From a virus (lineage: Duplodnaviria > Heunggongvirae > Uroviricota > Caudoviricetes): a stretch of 64,000 nt of DNA. The stretch lies in IMG/VR virus record IMGVR_UViG_3300047666_001531; one strand, 5' to 3'. Made by a program: the position numbers and the translations under genes. Each line of letters opens with the position of its first letter. Positions within the stretch are counted from its first letter, which is position 1. The notes beneath the pieces were generated by a model that was not told the origin of the DNA, made no database searches, and worked only from the letters and a program-made list of their open reading frames with translations. Positions 8,276 through 18,554 of the stretch are shown here, piece after piece.

Positions 8276-8770
8276 ATGAAAACATCTAAACTTAAACTGC
8301 TTTTTCTAGACATTGACGGCGTATTAAACCAAGAAGGCTCAGATGCTCCTGAGGACACTTTAAGGCTTAAAGGTGGCTTGGTAAACAAACACTGCGTTAG
8401 TGCCCTTAATGAGCTGATTGATGCTACAGGTGCTAAAATTGTTATTTTCTCTACATGGAGAAGACAAGGAGTGCCATGCAATACTCTTTTAGAGGGTAGC
8501 GGTGTCATTGGTGAGGTGATAGGCGAAACACCTAGGCTTGGCCAATATTGCTTCAGAGGAAATGAGATTTGGGCTTATATTGACCAGAATCTAGATTTGT
8601 TAGGTGTCTCTAGTGCTCACGACTTCAATCAGTACCTTATACTGGATGACAGTGACGATATTTTGTATTGGCAGAGAAATAATTTTTATCGAACCGAGAG
8701 TAATACTGGCTTAACAAGTAATGGGGCGTACCGAGCAGCAAGGCAACTTAATGGCTTTATTAATATCTAA
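8276..8770 (+). CDS. HAD-superfamily phosphatase-like protein, 164 aa
   Basis: N-terminal LLFLDIDGVLN (HAD motif I, DxDG[VT]), FSTW (motif II) and LDDSDD (motif IV). Confidence 0.5.
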   Translation: MKTSKLKLLFLDIDGVLNQEGSDAPEDTLRLKGGLVNKHCVSALNELIDATGAKIVIFSTWRRQGVPCNTLLEGSGVIGEVIGETPRLGQYCFRGNEIWAYIDQNLDLLGVSSAHDFNQYLILDDSDDILYWQRNNFYRTESNTGLTSNGAYRAARQLNGFINI

Positions 8771-8837
8771 AGCACAAAAACACCGCTTTGAATAGCAATA
8801 AACGGCATATTTTGAAAATAAATCAAAAAAAGTTGTA

Positions 8838-8894
8838 AAAATGATTGACAACGCCTCAAAAATGATTAACAATAGAACTCAATATGATAATAAA
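8838..8894 (+). promoter_or_regulatory. class-A promoter with tandemly duplicated -35 module
   Basis: aaaATGATTGACAAcgcctcaaaaATGATTAACAAtagaactcaataTGaTAATAA. Only the second copy has correct 16 nt spacing. Confidence 0.5.
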
Positions 8895-9036
8895 AACAAA
8901 AAGAAAAATTATTAATGAAAAGTAAATGACGGTTTTAAAACACACACACATGATGAGATTTTTAAATAGAAGCAGGGTGCATATCGTACCTTCAGTGTGA
9001 AATTAAATGAGCGATGAATTCGCTTAAGGAAAACCG

Positions 9037-9681
9037 ATGAAAAACAAACGTACAGAATTTATTGAAGCAATGTTAATTACCAAAGGCAAAGTAACTGCCG
9101 AAGACATTGCAGAAAACTTTGCAATGAAGGCACCATCAGCGTTGGTGGATATCTTTGGATACTTAAAAAAGCACCCTACCTTAGTTGACAAAAGCCGTGG
9201 CGAAAACTTTTTAGTTCGAATCGGCGATAATGTCGGTGAGTTTGAAATGACTAAAAAGCGAGCAAAAGAGTTGCTTGCAGCCTTCGAAGTGGTTCGCAAT
9301 AACCAGGACAGCCATGATCGTTTAACTATCCGTTACGCTTACATTGAAGCTGTTTTAATCAAGTACAACAAGTTAGGTCGTGATGAAATTGCACGAGCAT
9401 TTGAGTTGGCTGGAGCTGCTGCGACCCGAACGATGCAAGGTTACGTAGAGTTGGCACCAGAAAATATTGATATGCATGGTCGTCGATACCATGTAAAAGG
9501 CGAAAAATTTAAGCCTAAGTATTTAAATGTTGAACGTAAAGACGAAGAAAAGTCTGCGCAAAAGCTAATCTCAGCGTTAGAAACTATTGTTGGTAAACAC
9601 ATTTTAGACCCAACACAGTCAAAGATGTGGAGAAAAGAACGTGGTAAAGAAGAGAAGCCTGGACGCACTTACCGTCGATAA
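9037..9681 (+). CDS. hypothetical basic protein, 214 aa
   Basis: aagga SD. Lys/Arg-rich C-terminus. Terminator follows. Confidence 0.5.
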   Translation: MKNKRTEFIEAMLITKGKVTAEDIAENFAMKAPSALVDIFGYLKKHPTLVDKSRGENFLVRIGDNVGEFEMTKKRAKELLAAFEVVRNNQDSHDRLTIRYAYIEAVLIKYNKLGRDEIARAFELAGAAATRTMQGYVELAPENIDMHGRRYHVKGEKFKPKYLNVERKDEEKSAQKLISALETIVGKHILDPTQSKMWRKERGKEEKPGRTYRR

Positions 9682-9702
9682 TCACAACTTAACCCACCCC
9701 AG

Positions 9703-9731
9703 AAGGCAGATATAAAATCTGCCTTTTTGTT
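9703..9731 (+). terminator. rho-independent terminator (aaggcagat..atctgcctt, then T5)
   Basis: Perfect 9-bp stem plus T-run. Confidence 0.6.
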
Positions 9732-9754
9732 TACGCTATACTGTGAGAGAAGTA

Positions 9755-10012
9755 ATGGTCAAATTCAAAGATAATTCAGAAGGGATTTTCTTGGTTATTT
9801 CTAAAAGCAAAAACTCAGAAAGTCCACCAAAACTTGCAAAAGCAATAGAGCAGATATTCTTCTGCCCTGAAGAGGCGTTTAAAGCGTGTGACAGTGTTAA
9901 TAATGAACTTGACCCTAGTGGAAAGGTTAAGTTCTTCAATGTATTTGAAGTGATGGCATCGATTAGGAACCAATGGGATTCATTAGAGGAGTATGAGAAA
10001 GCCTCCTCTTAG
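9755..10012 (+). CDS. hypothetical protein, 85 aa
   Basis: In-frame ATG with gagag SD. The ORF track's 9743 start is a GTG. Confidence 0.4.
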   Translation: MVKFKDNSEGIFLVISKSKNSESPPKLAKAIEQIFFCPEEAFKACDSVNNELDPSGKVKFFNVFEVMASIRNQWDSLEEYEKASS

Positions 10013-10114
10013 ACCCTTGGTTTTTTAACTCTCGTTTGTCGAGAAATAATCCCGAACAAGGCAAGAGCAAGTAATGCGAAGGTTTGTGGCTCAGGTACGG
10101 CAACAGGCGTGCAA

Positions 10115-10729
10115 TTAGATTGGCATTCTGATGTTGTTCCACCAAAAAAACGTGAGATGTGAAAGCCCCTTGTTGTTTGGTGTTACCCAAGAACCAGTAG
10201 TAACTGTCTTAGCTAAGTTAAGGCAGTCAAGTGTATATGTTTCTGGGCTACACGCCGCGTTTGCTTCGTCATTATCATCTACTATCCAAAATAGATTAAA
10301 TCCATTGCCAACCTTGGCAGTCCAAAACCGTATACCTGGGTAGCCTCCGGTGTATGACCAAGAACCCGATTTGTTGTCTTCACTTAGTTTAGTACCATCC
10401 CCGAAACCCCAGTCACTTGAGTCTATGTGTGCTGAGTATTTACTGCTTTCTGTATAATCTGGATTTGATGAGCTGTTAGTATCAAATTTTGCAATAACAT
10501 CGGCCAAGTACACCTTATCGACCCCGAACTCACCGATAGCCACTTTACAAGTATCAAAGCTTTTGTTGCCAGGGTCTTGGAAGTACGCGTTGTTACAATC
10601 ATTGTCGCCGTTAAAGTGATGGGTTATAACCCTTTCAGTTGACGTCATGGTAGCAAAACTGGGTGTCGCAGCAAAAAGAGCTAGTGTTGCTACAATGACT
10701 TTGATGTTTTTTGTGGTATTTGTTTTCAT
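10115..10729 (-). CDS. secreted hypothetical protein, 204 aa
   Basis: Start refined to MKTNTT... with gaggt SD. Signal peptide IVATLALFAATPSFA. Confidence 0.5.
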   Translation of the reverse strand: MKTNTTKNIKVIVATLALFAATPSFATMTSTERVITHHFNGDNDCNNAYFQDPGNKSFDTCKVAIGEFGVDKVYLADVIAKFDTNSSSNPDYTESSKYSAHIDSSDWGFGDGTKLSEDNKSGSWSYTGGYPGIRFWTAKVGNGFNLFWIVDDNDEANAACSPETYTLDCLNLAKTVTTGSWVTPNNKGLSHLTFFWWNNIRMPI

Positions 10730-10890
10730 GTTTACCTCACTTCTACAACTAAAGCGCATTAAAATAGGTGTGCGCAAGTGTTTTACTTGTTGCAGTCGTT
10801 ATGTTTATCTTCGATTTTATCATATTGTAATAAATATTGAGCATACAAAAAAAACCCTAACAATTAGAGGCTTTTGGATGTTCAATGTTT

Positions 10891-11880
10891 TTAGCGGGAC
10901 ATTCGCGGAGATTGTACCTCTTGTTCATTTTCCACTTTAGGTGCAGCGTGGATATCTAGCATTCTGGCGTAGCGCTCTTCGAAGTTTGGTTGAAAACTAG
11001 GTAGACGCTCTACAAGTCCATGTTCGTCACGTATTTCAACAAGGAATGCGTCATAAGGCTGAGGGGAAACTGTGATGTCGAATTTTTTGTCGAGGGTTTC
11101 CGTTAATTCTTGTTTAACGTTAGCCGCCGTTCGAACTACAGGTTCTTCAATTGCTATTTGCTCTGTTAACGACACATCTTTAGCGTCGAATTTCTGCCAG
11201 ACTTTAGGAAACTCTGCTTGGAACTGTTGAGCGGCTTCAAGCACATCATTAGTCAACACTGGGTAGTCTGCGTCCGCATCTTGTGTGATTTTGATTGTGA
11301 TTCTTTGCTCGTGTTGATTATGGCTAACTTCATCAACAGACAGTGTTTCGCTTGTGACATCAAGATTGATTGAGTCTATTGTTGCACGAGAGATGTCAAT
11401 TAGCTGATCTGTATCCATAACATTTCTCACCTTAAGCGAGAGATAAACTGCATCATTAAGTGCAGAAAGCATCTTGCCTTTAATGACTCCTAGCGTTTGG
11501 TGCTCAGGCGTATCGGACAGTGCGGTACCAGATATTTCGACCTGTTCCAAGTAACCGTGCTCTTTATTGTAACCCTCAGGTTTTACGGTGATTACTGGCG
11601 GGACATCTATGTCGTAAGAGAAAACATATTTTGGGTTTGCCACCGTATATTCCACTCCGTCATCAATGCCGCGACGAAACTGCTGGTATTCTTCAGCAAT
11701 GATAACACCGGTAACAACTCTTTTATCACCTTCGATCATTTCAAATTGAGGAAGTTCTTTTTCTTTGTCGTAACCGATAGGGTTGTCTCGGTCATAGCTA
11801 TGTATTACGACTTGGTTGTCTTTCATTTCATAAGCCATCGTCCATACTGAATCAATCAGTCTCTTAGTTGCATATTGCAT
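10891..11880 (-). CDS. hypothetical acidic protein, 329 aa
   Basis: Start refined to MQYATKRL with gagga SD. Confidence 0.5.
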   Translation of the reverse strand: MQYATKRLIDSVWTMAYEMKDNQVVIHSYDRDNPIGYDKEKELPQFEMIEGDKRVVTGVIIAEEYQQFRRGIDDGVEYTVANPKYVFSYDIDVPPVITVKPEGYNKEHGYLEQVEISGTALSDTPEHQTLGVIKGKMLSALNDAVYLSLKVRNVMDTDQLIDISRATIDSINLDVTSETLSVDEVSHNQHEQRITIKITQDADADYPVLTNDVLEAAQQFQAEFPKVWQKFDAKDVSLTEQIAIEEPVVRTAANVKQELTETLDKKFDITVSPQPYDAFLVEIRDEHGLVERLPSFQPNFEERYARMLDIHAAPKVENEQEVQSPRMSR

Positions 11881-12121
11881 TGTAGTTCCTCGGAAATTGA
11901 ATTTGTTGTCTAAACTTATTTTATCACAGCAACACCACAAAAAACATTTAAGATGTTCAAAATGATAAATTTAATTGATTTCAATTGCGCAATATTGTTT
12001 AGCTAAAATGGTGATGATTATTATTCACTATAGAGCAAAATGATAAAAGTGCTTAATAGACGGCCTGATATTGTTGCTTTGTGCTAGGTTTTGATGATAA
12101 AAAGCCCGAATTGGAAGAAGC

Positions 12122-13291
12122 ATGGAAGCCTCAGCATCAAAAGTATTGTTACTTTGTTTTATCGCCGCGTTATTTAGCCCGATAGGAGTAGATATTTACA
12201 TAGCGTTAATCCCCGAGATTTCTAATGTATACAAGGAAAATGCTGAGTATGGGTTAAGCACTTTCATTTTAGGTATGGGTTTTGGGACGTTATTGGCTGG
12301 TGCATTATACGATCACCTGGGTGGAAGAAAGACCCTAATAATCAGCACATCGATATTACTTGCTTTTATTTGTCTGATGATAGTGATTGATTCATTTGCG
12401 GCTTTGATGATTAATAGGTTTTTCCAAGGCGTAGCTGTTTCTGGTGTTTCATTGAGTGCAATGTCTATCATCAAAGATAACTTGCCTCAAGATCAGGTTG
12501 GTTCAACATATGGCAAGATAAATGGTGTAATGAACTTGATACCGGCTGTCTTCCCGCCTGTTAGCGTGCTTCTTTTAAGTGTTACGGGTGCATGGCAGTC
12601 TGTATTTGTGTTGTTTGCGGCAATTACGTTCTCACTGTTGCTTTTTACATATAGTGCTTTTACGCCCACATCGCTATCTTGGAAGCAGACTGATCACGAC
12701 GGGTTTAAAGATGCCTTTAAGTTGTCCGGTTTTAGCTCACACTTCAAAAACAGCATGTTCAGAAATCATTTCTCCTTACCGGTCACCTCATTGGCCATTA
12801 TCTTTATGATGTGCACGTTTTTACCAACACTATTGGTGGAAACATACGGCTGGTCTATCAATGAATTCTCAATGTACTTTGGTTTTAATGGTTTGCTTAT
12901 GTTTTTGACGGGGTCATTTTTAGGGAAGCTATTTGTTCGTTACGGCGCTGATTCCGTTTTGCGTCTTGGGTTATATTTAGCACTAATATCGGCATTCATA
13001 TTGGTTACGTGTAACCCGTCAAGCGCTTTTGGAGTGTTGGCGGGAATATCGATGTATTGTGTGTCTTTTATTTTTATCATCGCGTCATCTCACGCATTAG
13101 CACTTAGCGACACTGTTGAAGGGGTTGGTAAGGCCAATTCAATCATCAGTATGTCGCAAATGTTTTTAGGTGCTGCGTTGAGTGCGTTAAGCGTGATGTT
13201 TGTCGGCGCGTCTATGGTTTACATTTTTAGTTTTTTTGTTTTTTTATTGGTGTTGCAAGGTGTCTTGTTTACATGGAGGTTTTGGAAGTGA
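12122..13291 (+). CDS. MFS-type transporter, 389 aa, about 12 TM
   Basis: Repeated hydrophobic helices. GxLaDrxGrkxxl-like motif (LYDHLGGRKTLII) between TM2 and TM3, typical of the major facilitator superfamily. Confidence 0.65.
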   Translation: MEASASKVLLLCFIAALFSPIGVDIYIALIPEISNVYKENAEYGLSTFILGMGFGTLLAGALYDHLGGRKTLIISTSILLAFICLMIVIDSFAALMINRFFQGVAVSGVSLSAMSIIKDNLPQDQVGSTYGKINGVMNLIPAVFPPVSVLLLSVTGAWQSVFVLFAAITFSLLLFTYSAFTPTSLSWKQTDHDGFKDAFKLSGFSSHFKNSMFRNHFSLPVTSLAIIFMMCTFLPTLLVETYGWSINEFSMYFGFNGLLMFLTGSFLGKLFVRYGADSVLRLGLYLALISAFILVTCNPSSAFGVLAGISMYCVSFIFIIASSHALALSDTVEGVGKANSIISMSQMFLGAALSALSVMFVGASMVYIFSFFVFLLVLQGVLFTWRFWK

Positions 13292-13403
13292 TTTCTTTTG
13301 ATAGAGTGGCGGAAGTTTCCCATTTGGTGTTAAGACTTCTGAGGATAAATTACGATTAGTTGAAAGTTTATATAATCTTGGGGATATAGAGCCGTCCAAA
13401 GTA

Positions 13404-14033
13404 ATGACGGATATTTACCCAGAACGCCTGAGAAAAAGTGGTTACACAAATATTGGCAGAATAAATAAGGCACTTAACCTCCGGCATAAGGCTTTTGATG
13501 AAAACAATAGTCAAGAATACCATGTCGATGGGATATTTAGGCCAACAGGTGACTTGAATACTGTTGTGATGGCATGCGAACAACAAGCGATCAGTGGGGG
13601 AGAAACAAAGCTATTTAATTGTTCCGCCGCAGTGAAACAGGTAAGAGCTACTTGGCCAGAATTGGTTGAACTTCTTTATGACCCACGCTCTATGCGCAGA
13701 GTGTCAGATTACGAAGGCAACCAAAGAGAGAGCACTGCCCCTATCTTAATGTTTGATGAAACTTATAAAAGAGAGGTTGTTAATTTTTCAGTAGATACCA
13801 CAGTAGATTGGAAATACAGCTCAAATTTGATACCTGGTTTATCTAAGGTAACCGACATCCTCAGAAAAATGACATTGGGTGATAATGAGTATACGCTGTC
13901 ATTTTTACTGAAGACCGGTGACGTGTTAATGCTAGATAACGGGCTTCTCGCTCACGGCAGAAATGCTTTTGTTGATTCGATACCCCACCCAAGAACGATG
14001 GTCAGGGGTAAGTATAAAATGATGCCTTCTTGA
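13404..14033 (+). CDS. possible Fe(II)/2-oxoglutarate dioxygenase (TauD/TfdA-like), 209 aa
   Basis: EYHVDG (HxD) and a distal LAHGRNAF (His/Arg) resemble the metal and 2OG-binding residues. Weak. Confidence 0.35.
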   Translation: MTDIYPERLRKSGYTNIGRINKALNLRHKAFDENNSQEYHVDGIFRPTGDLNTVVMACEQQAISGGETKLFNCSAAVKQVRATWPELVELLYDPRSMRRVSDYEGNQRESTAPILMFDETYKREVVNFSVDTTVDWKYSSNLIPGLSKVTDILRKMTLGDNEYTLSFLLKTGDVLMLDNGLLAHGRNAFVDSIPHPRTMVRGKYKMMPS

Positions 14034-14046
14034 TTGGCGCTTCATC

Positions 14047-14643
14047 TTAAAATGCTTGGATTATCCCAAAGCTAATGCTCAAAACAGTTGCAGTTAGTGT
14101 AGTAGCGCTGACTGTGTAGGCTGTGAACGATCGTCTAATAGATTTAATGCAGAGGTACACTGCAATAGCATAGACAACTCCATAGAAAACCCAGTCTGAT
14201 GCTCTTGTAGGGGATATACCGTATTGTTCATGAATGAAGTAAAATCCACCCGCAACAGCCACAAAACACAAGGTGTAATAATGACCATATCTATGCCATT
14301 CACTTAACTCAGGAGTGCTCTGGTCTTCTTCTGAGTTTTCTAACAGGTTGTGCCGCACAAACGCTACCATGAAGCAAGAGATAGCATAGCCAGATGCGAT
14401 CATAGTGCCGTAAAAAGCCAGAGGTGATATTGCATATATTTTGAGGACGTCGTGGATTAAATAGGAAAAGGCTATTATTAACAAAGATGACACCAACATG
14501 AGAGGGAAGAACCAAAAAAGTCCACCCATAAATAGGTATACCGCCCAATCGTTGTTCCAGTTAGCCAAGAACAAAAAAATAGCAATAAATCCGACTACAG
14601 CTCCTAGGTCGGGGTCTCTTCGAATAATTATGGCTTCGAGCAT
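14047..14643 (-). CDS. integral membrane protein, 198 aa
   Basis: Five to six hydrophobic helices. ATG with aggtgag SD. Class-A promoter upstream. Confidence 0.5.
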   Translation of the reverse strand: MLEAIIIRRDPDLGAVVGFIAIFLFLANWNNDWAVYLFMGGLFWFFPLMLVSSLLIIAFSYLIHDVLKIYAISPLAFYGTMIASGYAISCFMVAFVRHNLLENSEEDQSTPELSEWHRYGHYYTLCFVAVAGGFYFIHEQYGISPTRASDWVFYGVVYAIAVYLCIKSIRRSFTAYTVSATTLTATVLSISFGIIQAF

Positions 14644-14678
14644 AAAACTCACCTGTTACAAATAGAAAACAATAGTTA

Positions 14679-14714
14679 AACTCTATCATAATGAAATGAA
14701 ATGTCAATCATTTT
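14679..14714 (-). promoter_or_regulatory. class-A promoter (minus strand)
   Basis: Reverse complement reads aaaaATGATTGACAtttcatttcattaTGaTAGAGT. Confidence 0.55.
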
Positions 14715-14728
14715 TGTTTGGTCTGATT

Positions 14729-14968
14729 TTATCTATAGTCAGATAAATTAATGATTTCTGCCTTTGTTGCTTTTACATAAAGCTCATTATCAATCAACCA
14801 ATCTTTACACGCCATTATTTCTATAATGCTTATCCGATTAACCAGTTTATTTGATAGTTTAAATCTGTAGTGGTGGAACAGAGGGTGTATAAGTTCACAA
14901 TCACCTAACTCGAACTTCCGAACCAACTCAATGGTGTTTTTGGTGGACTCTGATAGTTTCAATGTCAT
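14729..14968 (-). CDS. hypothetical protein, 79 aa
   Basis: agggg SD. Last gene of the minus-strand operon. Confidence 0.4.
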   Translation of the reverse strand: MTLKLSESTKNTIELVRKFELGDCELIHPLFHHYRFKLSNKLVNRISIIEIMACKDWLIDNELYVKATKAEIINLSDYR

Positions 14969-14993
14969 GATTTAATAGACCCCTTATAGGCAC

Positions 14994-16508
14994 TTATACT
15001 AGTCGAATTCTCTCATACCAGTAAGCCTTTTCAGATTTTGGTCTTTCCTCCGCAATAAACAACATTGACTTTTTATGTCCGAGTTCTGCCATTGCTAGGA
15101 TCACATGTGTGTTATCAACGCATCCTCCTGCGTCAACAGAGATGTTGAAAATGGTGTCAAAAAGAAAGTGGGTGTCAGAGTTTTCATTTACCATCATGTG
15201 GAGGTAATTAACAAAAAAACCTTTAAAGAGATTGTTGTTGTGATCATCTAATTCCCCACCCTCAAGAAAATCAAGAAGAATGCTTGAAAATTTTTCAAGA
15301 TCTTCTTCGTAGTATTTTGCTTTTAAAAATAAAGGCGCTAAACCACAATCTTTTGATTCATGAGCATCGAACACAAAAAAGTTCCATGCGTCGAACATTG
15401 ATATTAAATGTTTATCAGTAACTTCACCATCTGGGTGCTTCTCAACGAAGCTACTGAGCAAGTCAAAGTATTCTTGGGTAAAGCCTAGACCTTCTTGTTG
15501 TATCAATTCTATAGTGCTTAAGGAGAGTTTTTGCCCACCATCAAGTAACACCATATTGTCTTCGAGTATTTGGTTTATTAGATAGTAATCTTGATGGTTA
15601 TCTGCATCGTATTGCAGGCGTTGTTTCAGCAGGATCTCTAGAGAGAAAATCAATGTTTGGATATAAAGTCTTACGGTTTTATCTAATTCACTCTGCGCAT
15701 TACTTTTCTTTTGTTCTATAGCGGCAGAGAATAAGCTTAAAATATATTTTTTTGAACTGACGACTAGTTCAGGCACGCGCATTTCATCTTTGAAACCGAA
15801 ATGTATGGCATTACATAATGCACCGTCACGATGAAGCCACCCAGATGAACAACCAAAAATTTGGCTGTTCATAAAGCATGCTAACCAAATGGTGTTGCAC
15901 TCAAAACCGACAAGGTGGTTCATATAATAATTCCCAGCATTATAGAGCATTCGTTGTCGTTCGGTCACACCTGGCAATTCGTCTTGAGGTATTCTTTGGT
16001 TCGCTTCCATCTGCTCACTACATATCATATCGATAAACAGTGAATCCTCTCCACCTAAAAGAGCAGCCAATTCCTCTACGGTATCAACACAGCCAACAGG
16101 GTGATGTAAGCCAGTTATAGTTTTATTTAACACGTCTGCAATGAACGCTTGTTGTCGTTCATAGGTTACGTAATCTATAAGGTCGTTTAGGTGTTTAGGT
16201 GTGGTGTTAAGAATGTTTCGTGCTGAAAATATAGCTTTATGAATGTCATTGTCATTATAAGGCAGAATTCGTTGAGCAAGCTGGTGAAGTTCGGATGAGC
16301 TTACCGCCGGCTGAGTTTCTTGAAAGAGGAGGAAATCACCAGTTATATCACTTAAGTTTTCGATGTTAAGTAATTCACATAGATATTCAACGGCACCCTC
16401 TTTTTTGATTTGGGGGTGAATTTTCTGAATTCGGCTTAAGATAATATCAATATTACCAACGCTTAGAGCTGGGGCTTTGACCGTTATAGGTATAATGTTA
16501 GTTAACAA
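14994..16508 (-). CDS. hypothetical protein, 504 aa
   Basis: Long ORF with TTG start in the ORF track. No family recognised. Confidence 0.5.
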   Translation of the reverse strand: MLTNIIPITVKAPALSVGNIDIILSRIQKIHPQIKKEGAVEYLCELLNIENLSDITGDFLLFQETQPAVSSSELHQLAQRILPYNDNDIHKAIFSARNILNTTPKHLNDLIDYVTYERQQAFIADVLNKTITGLHHPVGCVDTVEELAALLGGEDSLFIDMICSEQMEANQRIPQDELPGVTERQRMLYNAGNYYMNHLVGFECNTIWLACFMNSQIFGCSSGWLHRDGALCNAIHFGFKDEMRVPELVVSSKKYILSLFSAAIEQKKSNAQSELDKTVRLYIQTLIFSLEILLKQRLQYDADNHQDYYLINQILEDNMVLLDGGQKLSLSTIELIQQEGLGFTQEYFDLLSSFVEKHPDGEVTDKHLISMFDAWNFFVFDAHESKDCGLAPLFLKAKYYEEDLEKFSSILLDFLEGGELDDHNNNLFKGFFVNYLHMMVNENSDTHFLFDTIFNISVDAGGCVDNTHVILAMAELGHKKSMLFIAEERPKSEKAYWYERIRLV

Positions 16509-16643
16509 TGCACTGTCTCTTTAATTGCTATGAAGCTTTGTGTATAAACACCACCACTAGATAGCTGAAATCCTGAATAAACATATTGCTTGTTTTTAGC
16601 TTTGATTGCAAACCCTTGGTTTGTTTTCGTGCTTTTGGCATGT

Positions 16644-16892
16644 TTATTCCGTTAGTGTAATATCTTTGTCGTTTGACACTTTAAGCATATTTTTGATGGT
16701 AATTTTCAATTCTGAATTTTCTTTTGCAATCGCAGATGCGTTAATTGCCTCAGAAAGAACAGTTAAACCATGAGATCTAACACCATATCTTGTGTTGCAT
16801 TCAGCACAAAAAGCATCTTCTCTTGTGTTATCTCTATCAGTGCACAATCCGCGTATCCTAAAAAGCTCTACGCTGCATTGTGGGCAGTCCAT
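16644..16892 (-). CDS. small zinc-ribbon protein, 82 aa
   Basis: CPQC...CAEC pair of CxxC motifs. aaggaattgat-ATG start. Confidence 0.45.
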   Translation of the reverse strand: MDCPQCSVELFRIRGLCTDRDNTREDAFCAECNTRYGVRSHGLTVLSEAINASAIAKENSELKITIKNMLKVSNDKDITLTE

Positions 16893-16920
16893 ATCAATTC
16901 CTTAACTAAAATTTAGTGCT

Positions 16921-17274
16921 TTATTGCTGCGGCAAAATTATATACGTGCCAACAGGGTAGTAGTCGTTTGCGCTCATTTCGGGGAACTTTAACGAGTTTA
17001 ATCGGGCAATTTCAAGCCAAAGGGTTTCGTCACCTAGTTCTCTTAATGCTATTCCGGCTAATGACTCTGCTGGCGATGTTTGATACTTTCTGTAGGCACC
17101 GGAGTTTTCTAAAACAGAAATTCTGGCATGTGCTTGAACAAGTTCATTATACACAGAATTGATTGAGCGTTTAATGGAGTTTAAGAAGTCAGGCGAGTAG
17201 ATGTCACCGTCACTCTCTGGGGCGCTAACTCCTAATTTACACGCGATTCTTCTAATAATTTCAAAGTTAGACAT
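16921..17274 (-). CDS. hypothetical protein, 117 aa
   Basis: caaggta SD. First gene after the minus-strand class-A promoter. Confidence 0.45.
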   Translation of the reverse strand: MSNFEIIRRIACKLGVSAPESDGDIYSPDFLNSIKRSINSVYNELVQAHARISVLENSGAYRKYQTSPAESLAGIALRELGDETLWLEIARLNSLKFPEMSANDYYPVGTYIILPQQ

Positions 17275-17318
17275 TGAGAGTATACCTTGTTGGGTTTATT
17301 GTGATTGATTCTGAGTAA

Positions 17319-17354
17319 CATATTATCATATTGAAATGTCTTGTCAATCGTTTA
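17319..17354 (-). promoter_or_regulatory. class-A promoter (minus strand)
   Basis: Reverse complement reads aaacGATTGACAAgacatttcaataTGaTAATAT. Confidence 0.55.
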
Positions 17355-17440
17355 ATACTATAATTTGCTGTTGTAAAAACGAATGCCGTGGCAGTGGTTG
17401 TGGCGTGTTTTATGGTGGTGATCAAAAGGACGTTCAAGCA

Positions 17441-17477
17441 AAAATGATTGACAAAATAGCGTATTTGCATTACAATT
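17441..17477 (+). promoter_or_regulatory. class-A promoter (TTGACA, 17 nt spacer, TACAAT)
   Basis: caaaaATGATTGACAAAatagcgtatttgcatTACAAT. Divergent from the 17319 copy. Confidence 0.55.
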
Positions 17478-17507
17478 GTTTTATTGAAAGTTGAAGAGAA
17501 TTATTAC

Positions 17508-17984
17508 ATGCACTTACTTACAAAATCAATCGCAGTAAAGAACAAGCACAATGAAACGGTTAGTCTTGACTTGGCGACAATGAAAACATTAGGGATGCGA
17601 ACCTTTAAGATTGGGGAGGCATCACCTACGTTTTTGGTGGCACCTAAGTTTCGTTATACAGTTAACGCGGGAACTCCTTCTGAATTTTACATTGACGAAA
17701 ACCAGTTAGCGAAAGCATTTACAGAATTGCCTAAGGCAAAGGTAGGTGAGCGTTACCGTGTACTACAAGATACTAAGAAGTTTTTCAAGATGGTTAACAG
17801 TAGCCCTGGTGTAGAGCCACTTAAAAAGGGTGAAGTTATTGTATGTGTGGATAACTTTATGTTTGTGGTAGATGGTAAAGAAGATAGTTTTACACATAAG
17901 TTTTCAGTTGATGAAACTGTTGATGGCTGTTATTACGGCTCACAGGTGTATTATAACCCTATGTATTACGCTTTGGTTGAGTAG
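17508..17984 (+). CDS. hypothetical protein, 158 aa
   Basis: First in-frame ATG with gaagaga SD. Confidence 0.45.
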   Translation: MHLLTKSIAVKNKHNETVSLDLATMKTLGMRTFKIGEASPTFLVAPKFRYTVNAGTPSEFYIDENQLAKAFTELPKAKVGERYRVLQDTKKFFKMVNSSPGVEPLKKGEVIVCVDNFMFVVDGKEDSFTHKFSVDETVDGCYYGSQVYYNPMYYALVE

Positions 17985-18053
17985 TTTTCTTAGTTTTGTA
18001 GTTTTGGTTTGAACTGTCTATTTGTCTAGGATGTTAAAACGCCTAAAAATCAG

Positions 18054-18091
18054 TAAAAATGATTGATAAAAAACCTCAATATGATACAGTG
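18054..18091 (+). promoter_or_regulatory. class-A promoter variant (TTGATA, 16 nt spacer, TG-a-TACAGT)
   Basis: aaaaATGATTGATAAAaaacctcaataTGaTACAGT. Confidence 0.5.
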
Positions 18092-18133
18092 GTGTTATAG
18101 CTACAAATCACCCATACACGCATAGGAATTATT

Positions 18134-18547
18134 ATGAAAAAAGTAAAAGAACAACATGAAAAGCTAATCAAGCAAGCCCCCTCTGCGACTAAAGGATCTG
18201 GCGGTGTTGACAGACCGTATATGACGGATGAAGAAATAAAGGTCTCTGTTGCCGATGGCGCTTATCAATGCGTTGTTGAAGCGCAGTCTGACGGCACAAT
18301 ATGTTGGGATATTACTGATTCGCGAGAGCGAGAGCCTATCCACAATGTAAAAAAAGGTGACCGTTTCTGGTGCTGGAACTTCAAAGCGCTAGACTGCGGG
18401 AGCTACACTCACGATTACGCAAATATGGCACCAACAAACGTCAAAATCAACACAGATGTGAAATTGAAATTAGTGTACGTTGCCGAGGACTGTCAAGACC
18501 CTGTTTTGTTTGAAGTAGAACTTGAAAAAAGTCCTAACGTGACGTGA
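18134..18547 (+). CDS. hypothetical protein, 137 aa
   Basis: ataggaattattATG start. Confidence 0.45.
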   Translation: MKKVKEQHEKLIKQAPSATKGSGGVDRPYMTDEEIKVSVADGAYQCVVEAQSDGTICWDITDSREREPIHNVKKGDRFWCWNFKALDCGSYTHDYANMAPTNVKINTDVKLKLVYVAEDCQDPVLFEVELEKSPNVT

Positions 18548-18554
18548 CCCAAAG

